DNA of 64,000 nt from Candidatus Thalassospirochaeta sargassi (GTDB lineage Bacteria; Spirochaetota; Spirochaetia; UBA9216). The stretch covers positions 14,334 through 78,333 of the forward strand of contig JAQQAL010000044.1 in NCBI GenBank assembly GCA_028532855.1, written 5' to 3'. The translations under genes were made by a program, and so were the position numbers. Below are positions 40,489-50,163 of the stretch, one piece after another; the first letter of the stretch is position 1, and the number at the start of each line of letters is the position of its first letter. The notes under the pieces were generated by a model. It did not search any database, was not told the DNA's origin, and saw only the letters and a list, made by a program, of their open reading frames with translations.

Positions 40489-41664
40489 ATGTTGAACTTT
40501 GATTATCAATCCGGAACAAAGGTTATATTTGGAAAAGGGGTTATAGACAGGCTGGGGGAAGAAGCCCTGGAGCTTGGACGCCGGGCTCTTCTGGTCTACG
40601 GGCGTGAAAGTATAAAAAAAAGCGGATTGTATGACAGAATCTGCAGACAGTTGCAGTCTGCAGGAATAGAGTGGGTGGAGCACGGCGGGGTTTCGGCAAA
40701 TCCCATGATAAGTCATGTTCAGGCCGGTGTCGACAAGGCTCGTGAGAGTTCAGTTGATTTTATTATAGGTGCCGGCGGAGGAAGTGTAATTGATGAAAGC
40801 AAGGGTATTGCGGCCGGTGCAGCTAATGATGTGCCCCTATGGGATCTGTATTCAAAAAAGGCTGTTCCTGCAGCAGCACTTCCTGTGCTCGCTGTTCAGA
40901 CCCTGCCCGCGACCTCATCCGAAACAAACCAGGTAGGGGTTGCAACGAACGAAGAAACGAAGGAAAAGTTCGGTCTTCGTCATCCGCTGCTTGTTCCGGC
41001 AAAGGCGTTTATGGACCCCGAACTCACCTTTACAATTCCTTTAAAATATACTGCCTATGCCGGTTTTGATATGATGTCGCATATGCTAGAGGGTTATTTC
41101 ACCTCAACTGCTGATTTTGCCCCTGTTCATGACGGTTTTGCCGAAGGCCTTGTTAAGGCTGTTAAACTCAGTCTGGAGCGTGTGCTGCAGAATCCGGAGG
41201 ATTATGATGCCAGGGCATCTATTATGTGGGCCGGCACCCTGGCCTGGAACGGGATTGCGAACGCTGGACTGGAGGGCGCTAAAATTCCATGCCACATGTT
41301 TGAGCACCCTTTAAGCGGTCTGTATAATGTGGCTCATGGTGCGGGACTGGCTGTAGTAATGCCGGCCTGGCTGGAGTTTAAAAAGAATGATGTGGCTGCG
41401 AGGATTATCAGCTTCGGAGAGAAAATTCTGGATATGAAAAACCTTTCTGATGCGGCCGATGACACAGCAGCTGCCGGACTCGTCATAGCTGAATTCCGAA
41501 GTTGGCTGAAATCTATAGGCTGTCCCGGAACCCTGGGGGAGCTTGGAATAGAAAACCCGGATATGAACGAGCTTGTTAAGCACGCGGAAATTCTATCCGG
41601 GCAGTGGAATATCGACGGCTACAGTAAAAAGGATATGGCCGAGGTATACAGGCTTTGCCTCTAA
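40489..41664 (+). CDS. Iron-containing alcohol dehydrogenase (group III ADH; butanol or 1,3-propanediol dehydrogenase-like).
   Basis: GGGSVIDESKGIA and metal-binding His blocks (MFEHPLSGLYNVAHG) are present. RBS AAGGAGagtatATG. Confidence 0.85.
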   Translation: MLNFDYQSGTKVIFGKGVIDRLGEEALELGRRALLVYGRESIKKSGLYDRICRQLQSAGIEWVEHGGVSANPMISHVQAGVDKARESSVDFIIGAGGGSVIDESKGIAAGAANDVPLWDLYSKKAVPAAALPVLAVQTLPATSSETNQVGVATNEETKEKFGLRHPLLVPAKAFMDPELTFTIPLKYTAYAGFDMMSHMLEGYFTSTADFAPVHDGFAEGLVKAVKLSLERVLQNPEDYDARASIMWAGTLAWNGIANAGLEGAKIPCHMFEHPLSGLYNVAHGAGLAVVMPAWLEFKKNDVAARIISFGEKILDMKNLSDAADDTAAAGLVIAEFRSWLKSIGCPGTLGELGIENPDMNELVKHAEILSGQWNIDGYSKKDMAEVYRLCL

Positions 41665-41681
41665 TTTTATAGTCAGCTGCC

Positions 41682-43079
41682 TTACACTGAGAATTCTTCG
41701 CGGCTTTTCTGGATCTTCTTGCGACTTGCAAGAATTTCATATGAATAGTCGTCGAAGAGCTGCAGCAGACATTTCTTCAGGGTGTCGTAGCCGAAATTCT
41801 CTTTTGCAATCCTGAAATTGTGTTCAATCATCTTTGTTCTCATTTCCGGGTTATTCAGCACGTCATAAATCTTATCAAGCGCTTCATCTTGAATGATCAG
41901 TTCGTTGTTTTCATTGTAGTTGTCTACTACCTCAATCACGTTGAAATCATGTATTCGGATATCTGTTTTATAAACAAGATAGGTTGATGTTACAACAGGC
42001 ACCTTTGCTGCTACAGCCTCAAGCAGGGCGTTGCCGAAGCCTTCCCATATGGGCAGGTATGTGACGAAGTCTGCGTTCGCCAGCACGTCTCTGTTTGTAT
42101 ACAGTTTCTGGCCCCCTGCGTTGTTTCCGCGGATGGAAGCTACTCTGTCAGAGATGAAATGAAGCGGAACTTCATATGACTCAGCAAGGTTTTTTATCAT
42201 TGCGATATAATTCTCGTCCGGTTCGTCCCCCTGATAGAGGGAGATAATCAGGTGCAGTCTTCGCCTGATCTCCGGATAGCGCATTCCCAGTTTGCCGACG
42301 AAGCGTACTGAGTCTTCAATTCGTTTTCGCTGTACAATTCTTGTTGGTTGAAGCACAAGGATATCATCATCACTGAAACCCAGCTCCTTTCTGAAATCCG
42401 AATTATATTCATCTAACGTCACAGGATTGTCAAAATCTTCACAGTTTGGGATTATCCGGGGATGCACTCGCTTAATAGAGCGGAGAATGTGGGATGCATA
42501 GGTTGAAAGAACAACATGTTCAATGCCTGGAATCTGAGGAGGCATGGTCTTCGACAGTATTGTTTCAATAGCCGAGTTGACAAAGCGGCTTCTTTCCCAC
42601 CAGAAATCGTGATGATGAAAGATCGTCGCAATTCGTTTCTCGCTGCAGAGTTTGTAAACTGCCAGTCCGCCGAGCAATGTCATGGGCATCGCGTTTGTAT
42701 TCTGGGCTACTACTACATCAATCGAGTTTGTCTGTATAAACTCGAAAATGCTGTCGGCGATGTAACTGCTTTTATGGTTCATATCTTCCGCTACAGCCTT
42801 CAGTTTTTCTTCTGATATATAGGTTTGAAATTTGTTCAGATACGGAAAGACCATCTGCTCGTACTCATGCTGATGCGGAGAATCAAAACTGATGTCTTCA
42901 ATCAGGAGCCTGCGCTTTTGTGGTACTGTGTGCAGATTGCTGCAGAATTTACCTGAGATGGCAAAAATTTCATGTCCTTCCGCTGCGAGGATATCTATCC
43001 ATTTCTCGACTTCAAGTGAGACGCCGTCGACGTCGCCGAGTTTTCCTGATATAAAAACAATTCTAAATTTTTCATTCAT
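41682..43079 (-). CDS. Glycosyltransferase family 4 (GT-B fold).
   Basis: EGFGNALLEAVAAKVPVV is the GT4 EX7E-type motif. The true start is ATG 43079 (RBS GGAGGA), immediately after the MCP stop; the ORF-track TTG 43100 overlaps the MCP. Confidence 0.8.
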   Translation of the reverse strand: MNEKFRIVFISGKLGDVDGVSLEVEKWIDILAAEGHEIFAISGKFCSNLHTVPQKRRLLIEDISFDSPHQHEYEQMVFPYLNKFQTYISEEKLKAVAEDMNHKSSYIADSIFEFIQTNSIDVVVAQNTNAMPMTLLGGLAVYKLCSEKRIATIFHHHDFWWERSRFVNSAIETILSKTMPPQIPGIEHVVLSTYASHILRSIKRVHPRIIPNCEDFDNPVTLDEYNSDFRKELGFSDDDILVLQPTRIVQRKRIEDSVRFVGKLGMRYPEIRRRLHLIISLYQGDEPDENYIAMIKNLAESYEVPLHFISDRVASIRGNNAGGQKLYTNRDVLANADFVTYLPIWEGFGNALLEAVAAKVPVVTSTYLVYKTDIRIHDFNVIEVVDNYNENNELIIQDEALDKIYDVLNNPEMRTKMIEHNFRIAKENFGYDTLKKCLLQLFDDYSYEILASRKKIQKSREEFSV

Positions 43080-43080
43080 A

Positions 43081-45180
43081 TTAAATCTTGAATCCTCCAA
43101 GTTCTTCCTGCAGTGAGGCTACAACATCTTCGTTCTTTCTAATTACTTCTTTTAGTTCTTCTATCCCGTTGAGTATTTCCCGGTTTCCAAGTTCAAGTTC
43201 TGATGTTGCAGACTGAACCTCCGAAAAGGCGTTAATTGTTTTATTGAGGTTGTCTTTCATGTCTTCATTATTCTGCTGCTGTTCTTCGGACAGTCTGTTT
43301 ATTGATGAAGATGCATCAACAAGCGAGTTGATAGAGTTCAATACTTCATTCGCTCCGGCAGCCTGCTCCTGCATTGCTGACGCAACCTCGCTCATAAGTC
43401 TGGTGGTTTCATCTGTTCTAAGCCCGACATCATTAAGCGCCTGGCCTGCATTCTCTGACAATTTAACACCCCTGTCCACCCTCTCCATTACTATTTTAAT
43501 ATTTTCAGAGATTGTCTTAAGGTTGCCTGCACTGTCGTCAGCCAGATTGCGCACTTCTTCGGCAACTACGGCGAAGCCCCTGCCTGCATCGCCTGCATGG
43601 GCGGCTTCAATAGCGGCGTTCATGGCCAGCATATTTGTAGCGGCAAGAATTTTTGTAATTATCTGTACAAGATTGTTAACCTCGTTAGAAGATTCTTCAA
43701 TATCCCTCACTGCCGTTATGGAATTTGTTACAGCCCGGCCGCCCTGATCGCTTACATTCTTCAACGCTTCTGAAACTTCGTTTGCTTTTGAGGTAACCTC
43801 ATTAACAGACTGAATATTCGCAATCATCTCGGTCATCGCGCTTGATGTCTGTTCGACATAAGCAGCCTGAGTGTTAACATTCTTGTTGATCTGAGATAGA
43901 GAGCTGAGCATATTATTAAGTGATTCCTGTGATGATTTTACAACCGCCTGGTTCCGGGCTGTATTTGAGTTTATCTGGCTTACAGAAGCGGTCATCTCCT
44001 CTGTTGCAGCTACTGTTCCTTCAAGAACCGCACTTACCGCCTTAGTTGCATCAGCTACGGAGTCCGTCTGCTTGGATATATTGCGGAACATTGTCTGCAG
44101 CCTGTCCAGAACACGGTTCAGCTGGTGAGACAATGTCCCGTTATCGTCGGCCTGGACAATAAGAACCCGCTGAGTCAGGTCTCCGCTGCCTTCGGCCATG
44201 TCTGATAAAACATTACGAAGGATTTGTGTCTGGGTATATCTTGCCCGAGATACAATTGAGTCGACTATTGAGATAATTCCAATTGCGAGCAGAATCAGCA
44301 ACAGTATCATTATCTGAATTCTTCCTAAACCCATTTGGGGAACATCACCCTCTGTGCCTGCTGGTTCAATAATTGATTGTTCCTGCATTGTTTTGTGCAT
44401 ACTTTCAAGGGCGTCGCTTGTTCTATCCTGCTGTTCTGATTGGTCTACCATTACCCCGTTTTCGGGAACGGCGGGTTCAAAGACACTGACTTCCTTCACA
44501 ATTGTCATTGCACTGTGAAATAGAATTGCCGCAATGAAGAGGATGGACGCATACAATTGAATCCTGTTCATATTCTTTACAAACCAGCTTTTACTTGTTT
44601 CATCAACTGAATAGATTTTCATTATTGCGCGGGGTTTTATAAGTATACGCTGATACAGGGCATTCTGGACCAGAGCCGCCAGTATAAAAATGCTGACATC
44701 TTTTGCAAGTATTACAAGGCCTTTTGCAATGCCCTCATCAAAGCTGCCGTCAACAGCTTTGATAATAAAGGGTGTAACTAGATTAAGAATAAATATAATC
44801 TGAGCTATTGCTATAGAGCGTCTTCTGGCTGCAAAAAATTCCTCTTCGGAAATCGTATCCCCTGTTTCATTCCTCTTCATGATCCTGTAGATTGGTCTGA
44901 TTAGAATCTGCACAATTATTGCACTCACAACGGCGATGGGGATAAATGACATAAGACTGGTGGACAGGAAGTATAAGAGTAATCCTGTAAAATTGATGTG
45001 GCCTCCGGTACCCTGATAAAGAATAAGATCGATGAGGATCATAACGGTTACCGCAGCCAGGTATGTAAATACCGTGGACATCACCATCTGAATGCTGAAG
45101 CTTTTTGCCGAGGAATTTTCCAGCCTGCTCAGCAGCTCGTCATGCCGTTTTTTAATTTTATTTGAATCAGGAATTTTCAT
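43081..45180 (-). CDS. Methyl-accepting chemotaxis protein with a large polytopic N-terminal membrane domain.
   Basis: The C-terminal MA domain includes EVASAMQEQAAGANEVLNSINSL. There is a HAMP-like linker and about 6-8 N-terminal TM helices. ATG 45180 (RBS GAGGAG) is preferred over the ORF-track TTG 45195. Confidence 0.9.
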   Translation of the reverse strand: MKIPDSNKIKKRHDELLSRLENSSAKSFSIQMVMSTVFTYLAAVTVMILIDLILYQGTGGHINFTGLLLYFLSTSLMSFIPIAVVSAIIVQILIRPIYRIMKRNETGDTISEEEFFAARRRSIAIAQIIFILNLVTPFIIKAVDGSFDEGIAKGLVILAKDVSIFILAALVQNALYQRILIKPRAIMKIYSVDETSKSWFVKNMNRIQLYASILFIAAILFHSAMTIVKEVSVFEPAVPENGVMVDQSEQQDRTSDALESMHKTMQEQSIIEPAGTEGDVPQMGLGRIQIMILLLILLAIGIISIVDSIVSRARYTQTQILRNVLSDMAEGSGDLTQRVLIVQADDNGTLSHQLNRVLDRLQTMFRNISKQTDSVADATKAVSAVLEGTVAATEEMTASVSQINSNTARNQAVVKSSQESLNNMLSSLSQINKNVNTQAAYVEQTSSAMTEMIANIQSVNEVTSKANEVSEALKNVSDQGGRAVTNSITAVRDIEESSNEVNNLVQIITKILAATNMLAMNAAIEAAHAGDAGRGFAVVAEEVRNLADDSAGNLKTISENIKIVMERVDRGVKLSENAGQALNDVGLRTDETTRLMSEVASAMQEQAAGANEVLNSINSLVDASSSINRLSEEQQQNNEDMKDNLNKTINAFSEVQSATSELELGNREILNGIEELKEVIRKNEDVVASLQEELGGFKI

Positions 45181-45262
45181 CCTTAATCTCCTCAATACTC
45201 TAATTATTAAGATAAAGTATAATAATAATATTATTTCAATACAAATGTTTAGTGTAATAATG

Positions 45263-45302
45263 AGAAAAAAGCAGCGGCAGACAATTGATGACCGCCGCTG
45301 CT
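45263..45302 (-). terminator. Rho-independent terminator (minus strand) after the Zn-ADH gene: 9-bp perfect stem agcagcggc/gccgctgct, then U6-7.
   Basis: Read directly; the A-run on the plus strand at 45264-45270 gives the minus-strand U-run. Confidence 0.75.
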
Positions 45303-45330
45303 GTGGAGAGTAAGGTTATGAGACGTTCTA

Positions 45331-46371
45331 CTAAAAAACAACCATATTCTTCAGGCCTTCTCCTCTTGATGAGCGATTGATTGCTGCTTCAAGGTCTTTA
45401 AGTGCAGATTTGGTTGAGATCAGGTCGCTTACCTTTACAAGGTTCTGTTCAATAAGAGAGAGGCAGGTTCTGAACTGGCGCAGGCTCTGCCTGGTCATTC
45501 CCGTTATGGTGAGCTGTTTGTAGTGAATCTCATTTGTGTCAAGTGCTACTTCAGATTTTCCTGCGGGAAGTCCACCGAAGTAATTAATTCTACCGAAGAT
45601 TGCGGCAATCCTCAGGGCTGCCTGCTGTGCAGAGGGGGCAGGGCAGGCGGTAATTACTACGTCAGCGCCCCTGCCGCCTGTTTCTTTCATCAGGTTTTCT
45701 TCGAAGTTGTTGCCGTCCATCGTCAGGAACATGGAATCAATCTCCTTGCACTCAGCAAGCCTTTCGGTGTTAAGATCGTTTATTATTATCTTGCCCGCGC
45801 CGGCCATTTTTGCAAGTTTGGCATGCATAAGACCGATGGGGCCGGCGCCGATAATAACAACACAATCGCCGGGGTTCACCCCGTAGAGTTCAAAAGCGTT
45901 GTATACACAGGAGAAGGGTTCAGCAAGGGCGGCGTCTTCAAAGGAGGTATTGCTGCCAATTTTGCAGATATTTCCCTGCCGTACAGCTTCTGCCGGAATT
46001 ACCATGTATTCTGCGAAGGCACCGGCTATAGTTACCCCCAGGGCTTCCGAGCTTCGGCACATATGTGTGTTTCCTGAAACACATAAATCGCACACGCCGC
46101 AGCCGAGGTTGGGTGCAACGGCTACTCTGTCTCCTGCTTTGTAGGCCGAAATATTGGCTCCTACTTCAGCAATCTCTCCGGCAATCTCATGACCGAGGGT
46201 GAGAGGGTTTGATTCCGACGCTTTCTTGTGGCCGTTTTTGAGCATGCGGACATCTGTCCCGCATATGGCCGAAGCCTTTACCTTTAAAAGAACCTCGTCA
46301 GAATTTATTTCAGGTTTTGCAATATCCACAATCCTGAGATCCTCTTTTCCGAATAATTGTGCAGCTTTCAT
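45331..46371 (-). CDS. Zn-dependent medium-chain alcohol/polyol dehydrogenase (sorbitol or L-iditol dehydrogenase-like).
   Basis: ICGTDVRM, GHEIAGEI, the structural Zn block GCGVCDLCVSGNTHMC, and the Rossmann motif VIIGAGPIG. Confidence 0.85.
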   Translation of the reverse strand: MKAAQLFGKEDLRIVDIAKPEINSDEVLLKVKASAICGTDVRMLKNGHKKASESNPLTLGHEIAGEIAEVGANISAYKAGDRVAVAPNLGCGVCDLCVSGNTHMCRSSEALGVTIAGAFAEYMVIPAEAVRQGNICKIGSNTSFEDAALAEPFSCVYNAFELYGVNPGDCVVIIGAGPIGLMHAKLAKMAGAGKIIINDLNTERLAECKEIDSMFLTMDGNNFEENLMKETGGRGADVVITACPAPSAQQAALRIAAIFGRINYFGGLPAGKSEVALDTNEIHYKQLTITGMTRQSLRQFRTCLSLIEQNLVKVSDLISTKSALKDLEAAINRSSRGEGLKNMVVF

Positions 46372-46398
46372 AATTTCTCCTTACCGGTAATGTTTCGC

Positions 46399-47415
46399 TT
46401 ACAGCGTAACCGGTCTCTTTTCGATGATTGATGTATTACCGGCATTAACTACCTTTACAGCCTCAAGGCCGTCTGTGCCGGTAACCTCGGGGGTGCTATC
46501 CTCAAGTATGGATTCAATGAACTTCAGGTCTTCCAGCTTGTACGCATCAAGAAAGAGATTCTGCCAGCTCTCTACGAAGGGGGTGTTAATGCCCGTAGGT
46601 GAACAGGTCATGACCGAGAAGTTATTCTGTTTTCCAACGAAGATTATTCCTTGAGTTCCGATAATTTCAACCCGTGAATCGTATCCATATTTAACACCCT
46701 GGGCTCCGTCAACAAGACCCTGCATGTCATTTTTGAATCTTACGTTCATAAGAATATTATCATAGAAATCGGGATAGTCTGCAACCGCATCCGGGCAGCG
46801 GTAGTTTCCGGCTATCGAGTATACTTCCTTTATGTAGCTTCCTGCGTACCAGTGAAGGGTGTCGATATCATGACTGCTCACCTCAGCAAGCGGTCCGTTT
46901 GATTTCTTTATGTCGTACATCCACGGGCGCGGTGTGGACGGTCCGTGGGTAACTGATTTTACACATACTACGTCTCCGATTTCACCGGAATCTATCCTCT
47001 CTTTTGCATGACGGAATGATTCGTCGAAGCGTCTCATGAATCCTATCTGCAGCTTTACTTTCGCATCTACGCAGGCGTTTATCATATTGGAGCATTCCTG
47101 CTCGTTCATTGCCATGGGCTTCTCGCAGAGTATATGCTTGCCAGCCGCTGCAGCCGCAACTACAATCTCCTCATGGAATACTGTCGGTGTAACAACGATA
47201 ACCGCATCGATTGATTCGTCCTTCAGCACATCTTTGTAGTCGAGATAATATTTATTGATTCCAAGTTCCTTTACGGCTGCAGCTGCTGCCTCTTCAACCG
47301 GGTCGGACATGGCAGCAATTTCAGCATTGGGTACTGAGCGTGCGAAATTTCTTGCATGTATCATTCCTGCACGTCCTGAACCGATTACACAAACTTGTAT
47401 CTTTCCATTTTTCAT
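46399..47415 (-). CDS. Gfo/Idh/MocA-family NAD(P)-dependent oxidoreductase (inositol 2-dehydrogenase-like).
   Basis: IQVCVIGSGRAGMIHARNF and EKPMAMNEQEC are family blocks. ATG 47415 with RBS AGGAGA is preferred over the ORF-track extension to 47535. Confidence 0.85.
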   Translation of the reverse strand: MKNGKIQVCVIGSGRAGMIHARNFARSVPNAEIAAMSDPVEEAAAAAVKELGINKYYLDYKDVLKDESIDAVIVVTPTVFHEEIVVAAAAAGKHILCEKPMAMNEQECSNMINACVDAKVKLQIGFMRRFDESFRHAKERIDSGEIGDVVCVKSVTHGPSTPRPWMYDIKKSNGPLAEVSSHDIDTLHWYAGSYIKEVYSIAGNYRCPDAVADYPDFYDNILMNVRFKNDMQGLVDGAQGVKYGYDSRVEIIGTQGIIFVGKQNNFSVMTCSPTGINTPFVESWQNLFLDAYKLEDLKFIESILEDSTPEVTGTDGLEAVKVVNAGNTSIIEKRPVTL

Positions 47416-47579
47416 CTGATTCTCCTGTTCAAAATCCCTGTCTGGAATTATGTTTAATGATATTTTACTATAAAAAAAAAGAAAATCAATAGCAAACGAA
47501 AGTAAATAACAGATTATACGGCAATATAATAACAAATAATAGTAATTGATGATAATATTCTTTCAAAAGCTTTTTCATT

Positions 47580-48362
47580 ATGCTAATATTGGCTATGTTT
47601 GCTGAAGAACGAAAACAGAAAATACTCGAATATGTGCGCGAGCATAAAAAAGCTACTGTTCAACAGCTATGCGATGCATATGAGGTTTCAAGCGCAACAA
47701 TCAGAAATGATCTGCGCGAACTTGAGGGTTCGGGGCTGCTGCTGCGTACGCACGGCGGGGCAATAGTTAAAAGTAAGGCAAAATTTGAACTTGGTACCAA
47801 TGAGAAAAAGGTTTTGTACAAATCTGAAAAAGCTGAAATAGCCGAAAAGGCACTTGAGCTGATTGAGGACGGCGACACGATTATTCTCGATACAGGGACA
47901 ACAACCCTCGAACTTGCCGGAAAACTCGGGCGCAGGAAGAATCTTACAATAGTAACAAATGATCTTGATACAGCCCTTGTTCTCGACGAAATAGGCATAG
48001 AGCGGGTTATTATGCTCGGCGGTATTTTACGAAATGGATTTCACTGCACCCTTGGAAACAAGGCGAAGGAGTTCCTCGATGAACTTCAGGTTGATAAGGC
48101 GTTCATGGGTGTGAACGGTTTTACCTTTGAAAAAGGTGCATCAACACCAGATTTACAGCATGCTGAAATAAAGAAGGCTATGGTCACAGCCGCGTCACAG
48201 GTCTATTTGATGTTTGACCGCTCAAAGCTCGGCCGCAAAGCCTTTGCTCGTTTTGCAGAACCGCAAGAAATCGACTGTGTGATTATAGATGAAATTGCCA
48301 AAGAAGAGCTCTCCGCCTTTGAAGACACGGGAATTGAGGTTCATGCTGTATCGGTTTTATAG
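47580..48362 (+). CDS. DeoR-family transcriptional regulator (HTH plus DeoR C-terminal sugar-phosphate sensor domain).
   Basis: N-terminal HTH RKQKILEYVREHKKATVQQLCDAYEVSSATIRNDL; C-terminal DeoRC blocks include TIILDTGTT and FMGVNG. Confidence 0.85.
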   Translation: MLILAMFAEERKQKILEYVREHKKATVQQLCDAYEVSSATIRNDLRELEGSGLLLRTHGGAIVKSKAKFELGTNEKKVLYKSEKAEIAEKALELIEDGDTIILDTGTTTLELAGKLGRRKNLTIVTNDLDTALVLDEIGIERVIMLGGILRNGFHCTLGNKAKEFLDELQVDKAFMGVNGFTFEKGASTPDLQHAEIKKAMVTAASQVYLMFDRSKLGRKAFARFAEPQEIDCVIIDEIAKEELSAFEDTGIEVHAVSVL

Positions 48363-48500
48363 TTTTCTGGCGGCACATTCTTAGAAAAACGATAAAATCT
48401 TAATTATTTGTAATGACATATTGACAACAAGACATAGAAGTTTTATCTTTCAGGCGGACAAGTGGAATTAAAGAAAGTTGCACGTTAAAGGAGTGTTTCT

Positions 48501-49484
48501 ATGGCTAATAATTATACTAAGGCTGAACGGCCTACAATGTATTTTATCGGAGTTACTACCGGTAAGTCTTCAATTATGAAGGTATTTCCCGAATGGGCTA
48601 AATACCTGGAGATAGACGCAGAAATCAAGGGTTTTGATTTCAAACCCCACGACGAACCCGCGAAGTATCTGGAAGCAGTCAGGTTTATCAAAAACGATCC
48701 TAAGTCCGAGGGTGCGCTTGTTACAACTCACAAGCTTGATCTTCTTGAAGCATGCAAAGGCGAGTTTGAAGGACTGGGGCCCTATGCCAAGGAGCTTCGG
48801 GAAATAAGCTCTATTTCAAAACGCGGAAACGAACTATGGGGACATGCAAAAGACCCTGTCACTGTCGGGCTCTCATTTGAAGCGATTGTAAAAGACGGAT
48901 ACTGGAATGAGACCGGTGCTGAAATGCTTATTTTAGGAGCCGGAGGATCAAGCCTGGCGCTTGTAACCTATCTAATCGGCCGGGCGAAAGACGGCCGTGA
49001 TCTTCCCTCAAAAATAATAATCAACAACCGAAGTGAAAAGCGCCTTAATGAACTGAAAAAGCATGCTGTTAAGATGGTAGAAGAAGCAGGTGTGGACATC
49101 AATCTCGGGTTCAATCTCTGTCCTTCGCCTGCGGATAACGATGCAGTTGCAGTTAATCTTAAAGAAGGGTCTCTTGTTGTTAATGCAACCGGGCTTGGTA
49201 AGGACAGTCCAGGCTCTCCGCTTACTGATGATGTTATTTTCCCACAGAAGGGTATTGTTTGGGAATTCAATTACAGAGGCGATCTTGTTTTCCTTGATCA
49301 GGCTAATGCACAGAAAGAAGCCAGGCAGCTTAGTGTTGTTGACGGATGGTTCTACTTCATCCACGGCTGGACAAGGGTAATTGCAGAGGTTTTTCATAAG
49401 GATATTCCGACAGAAGGACCGGTATTCAATGAACTCTGTGAAATAGCCGCACGTGCCGGCTCTCCAACCAATAAAGCCGGATGA
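48501..49484 (+). CDS. Shikimate/quinate dehydrogenase-family protein (AroE-like).
   Basis: The N-domain FIGVTTGKSSIMKVFP...ALVTTHKL follows the G-nVT-P-K substrate-binding pattern, with a Rossmann loop ILGAGGSSLALVTYL. The substrate is unknown. Confidence 0.55.
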   Translation: MANNYTKAERPTMYFIGVTTGKSSIMKVFPEWAKYLEIDAEIKGFDFKPHDEPAKYLEAVRFIKNDPKSEGALVTTHKLDLLEACKGEFEGLGPYAKELREISSISKRGNELWGHAKDPVTVGLSFEAIVKDGYWNETGAEMLILGAGGSSLALVTYLIGRAKDGRDLPSKIIINNRSEKRLNELKKHAVKMVEEAGVDINLGFNLCPSPADNDAVAVNLKEGSLVVNATGLGKDSPGSPLTDDVIFPQKGIVWEFNYRGDLVFLDQANAQKEARQLSVVDGWFYFIHGWTRVIAEVFHKDIPTEGPVFNELCEIAARAGSPTNKAG

Positions 49485-49540
49485 TCATATACTTGTAATT
49501 AGAGGCAGGTTTTTAAGTAAATCTCCCTTGTTAATATTTA

Positions 49541-49577
49541 CCGCATGGTCGGGGATTCCCGGTTGTGCGGTTTTTTA
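49541..49577 (+). terminator. Rho-independent terminator after the AroE-like gene: two-tier stem ccgca..cggggattcccg..tgcgg, then T6.
   Basis: Read directly. Confidence 0.7.
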
Positions 49578-49650
49578 TGATAAAATTGATAATATATAAA
49601 AATAGCAGTATATTCTGAGCAGGCATAAAAAAATAAAAAAGAGGGTGCTT

Positions 49651-50163
49651 ATGAATAAATTTTCAAAAATCCCATTTTTTTTAATTATCCTTTCTGCTGT
49701 GGTCATGCTGATATTCTCAGGATGCGGCTTAAATGAAACTGAACAATCAATTGTAGGACTCTGGGGTATCGATTTTGATGAGCTTGAAGAACCGGGCGAT
49801 TCAGGGGTAAATCTCTATTTTGATTTCAGGGACGACGGAACGGTAATCTTGTCGGCTGTCACCGGTATTCTAAACATGTATGGAAATCCGCTTGTACCGA
49901 CACATTTTGATTATAAAGCAACAATCGATACAATTACGATGACTGGTTTTTATGGTTTTGTCGTTATGGAGTATCAGATTGAATCCGGTCCTGTCGATGA
50001 TCAGATGACGATCAGCCTTGTAGCCGTAGATATAAAGCTGCTGCCGATTGATTTGAGCGAAGGCATGGAAACCGGTATAAGTTTTCCGCTTACAAGGATT
50101 ATCGATTACAATGAACAGCTCATGTATGCGCGTGCGTTGAAGGAGGCTGAGGATAATGAATAG
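49651..50163 (+). CDS. Lipoprotein, paralogue 1 (lipocalin-like small beta protein).
   Basis: Lipobox LIFSGC. Shares GLWGIDF...YFDFRDDGTVIL with the downstream paralogue's GVWDG...FIEFKDDGTARL. ATG 49651 has RBS AGAGGG. Confidence 0.6.
   Translation: MNKFSKIPFFLIILSAVVMLIFSGCGLNETEQSIVGLWGIDFDELEEPGDSGVNLYFDFRDDGTVILSAVTGILNMYGNPLVPTHFDYKATIDTITMTGFYGFVVMEYQIESGPVDDQMTISLVAVDIKLLPIDLSEGMETGISFPLTRIIDYNEQLMYARALKEAEDNE

Noticed and set aside
43080-43100. TTG start of the GT4 gene overlapping the MCP C-terminus
   Set aside because: An ATG with a GGAGGA SD is present directly after the MCP stop. The TTG extension is an ORF-finder artefact.
46399-47535. Long N-terminal extensions of the Gfo/Idh/MocA gene (to 47535) and the HAD gene (to 51547)
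   Set aside because: Internal ATGs with AGGAGA SDs begin the conserved domains (Rossmann fold; DMDGTLL motif I). The extensions are hydrophobic or low-complexity read-through.
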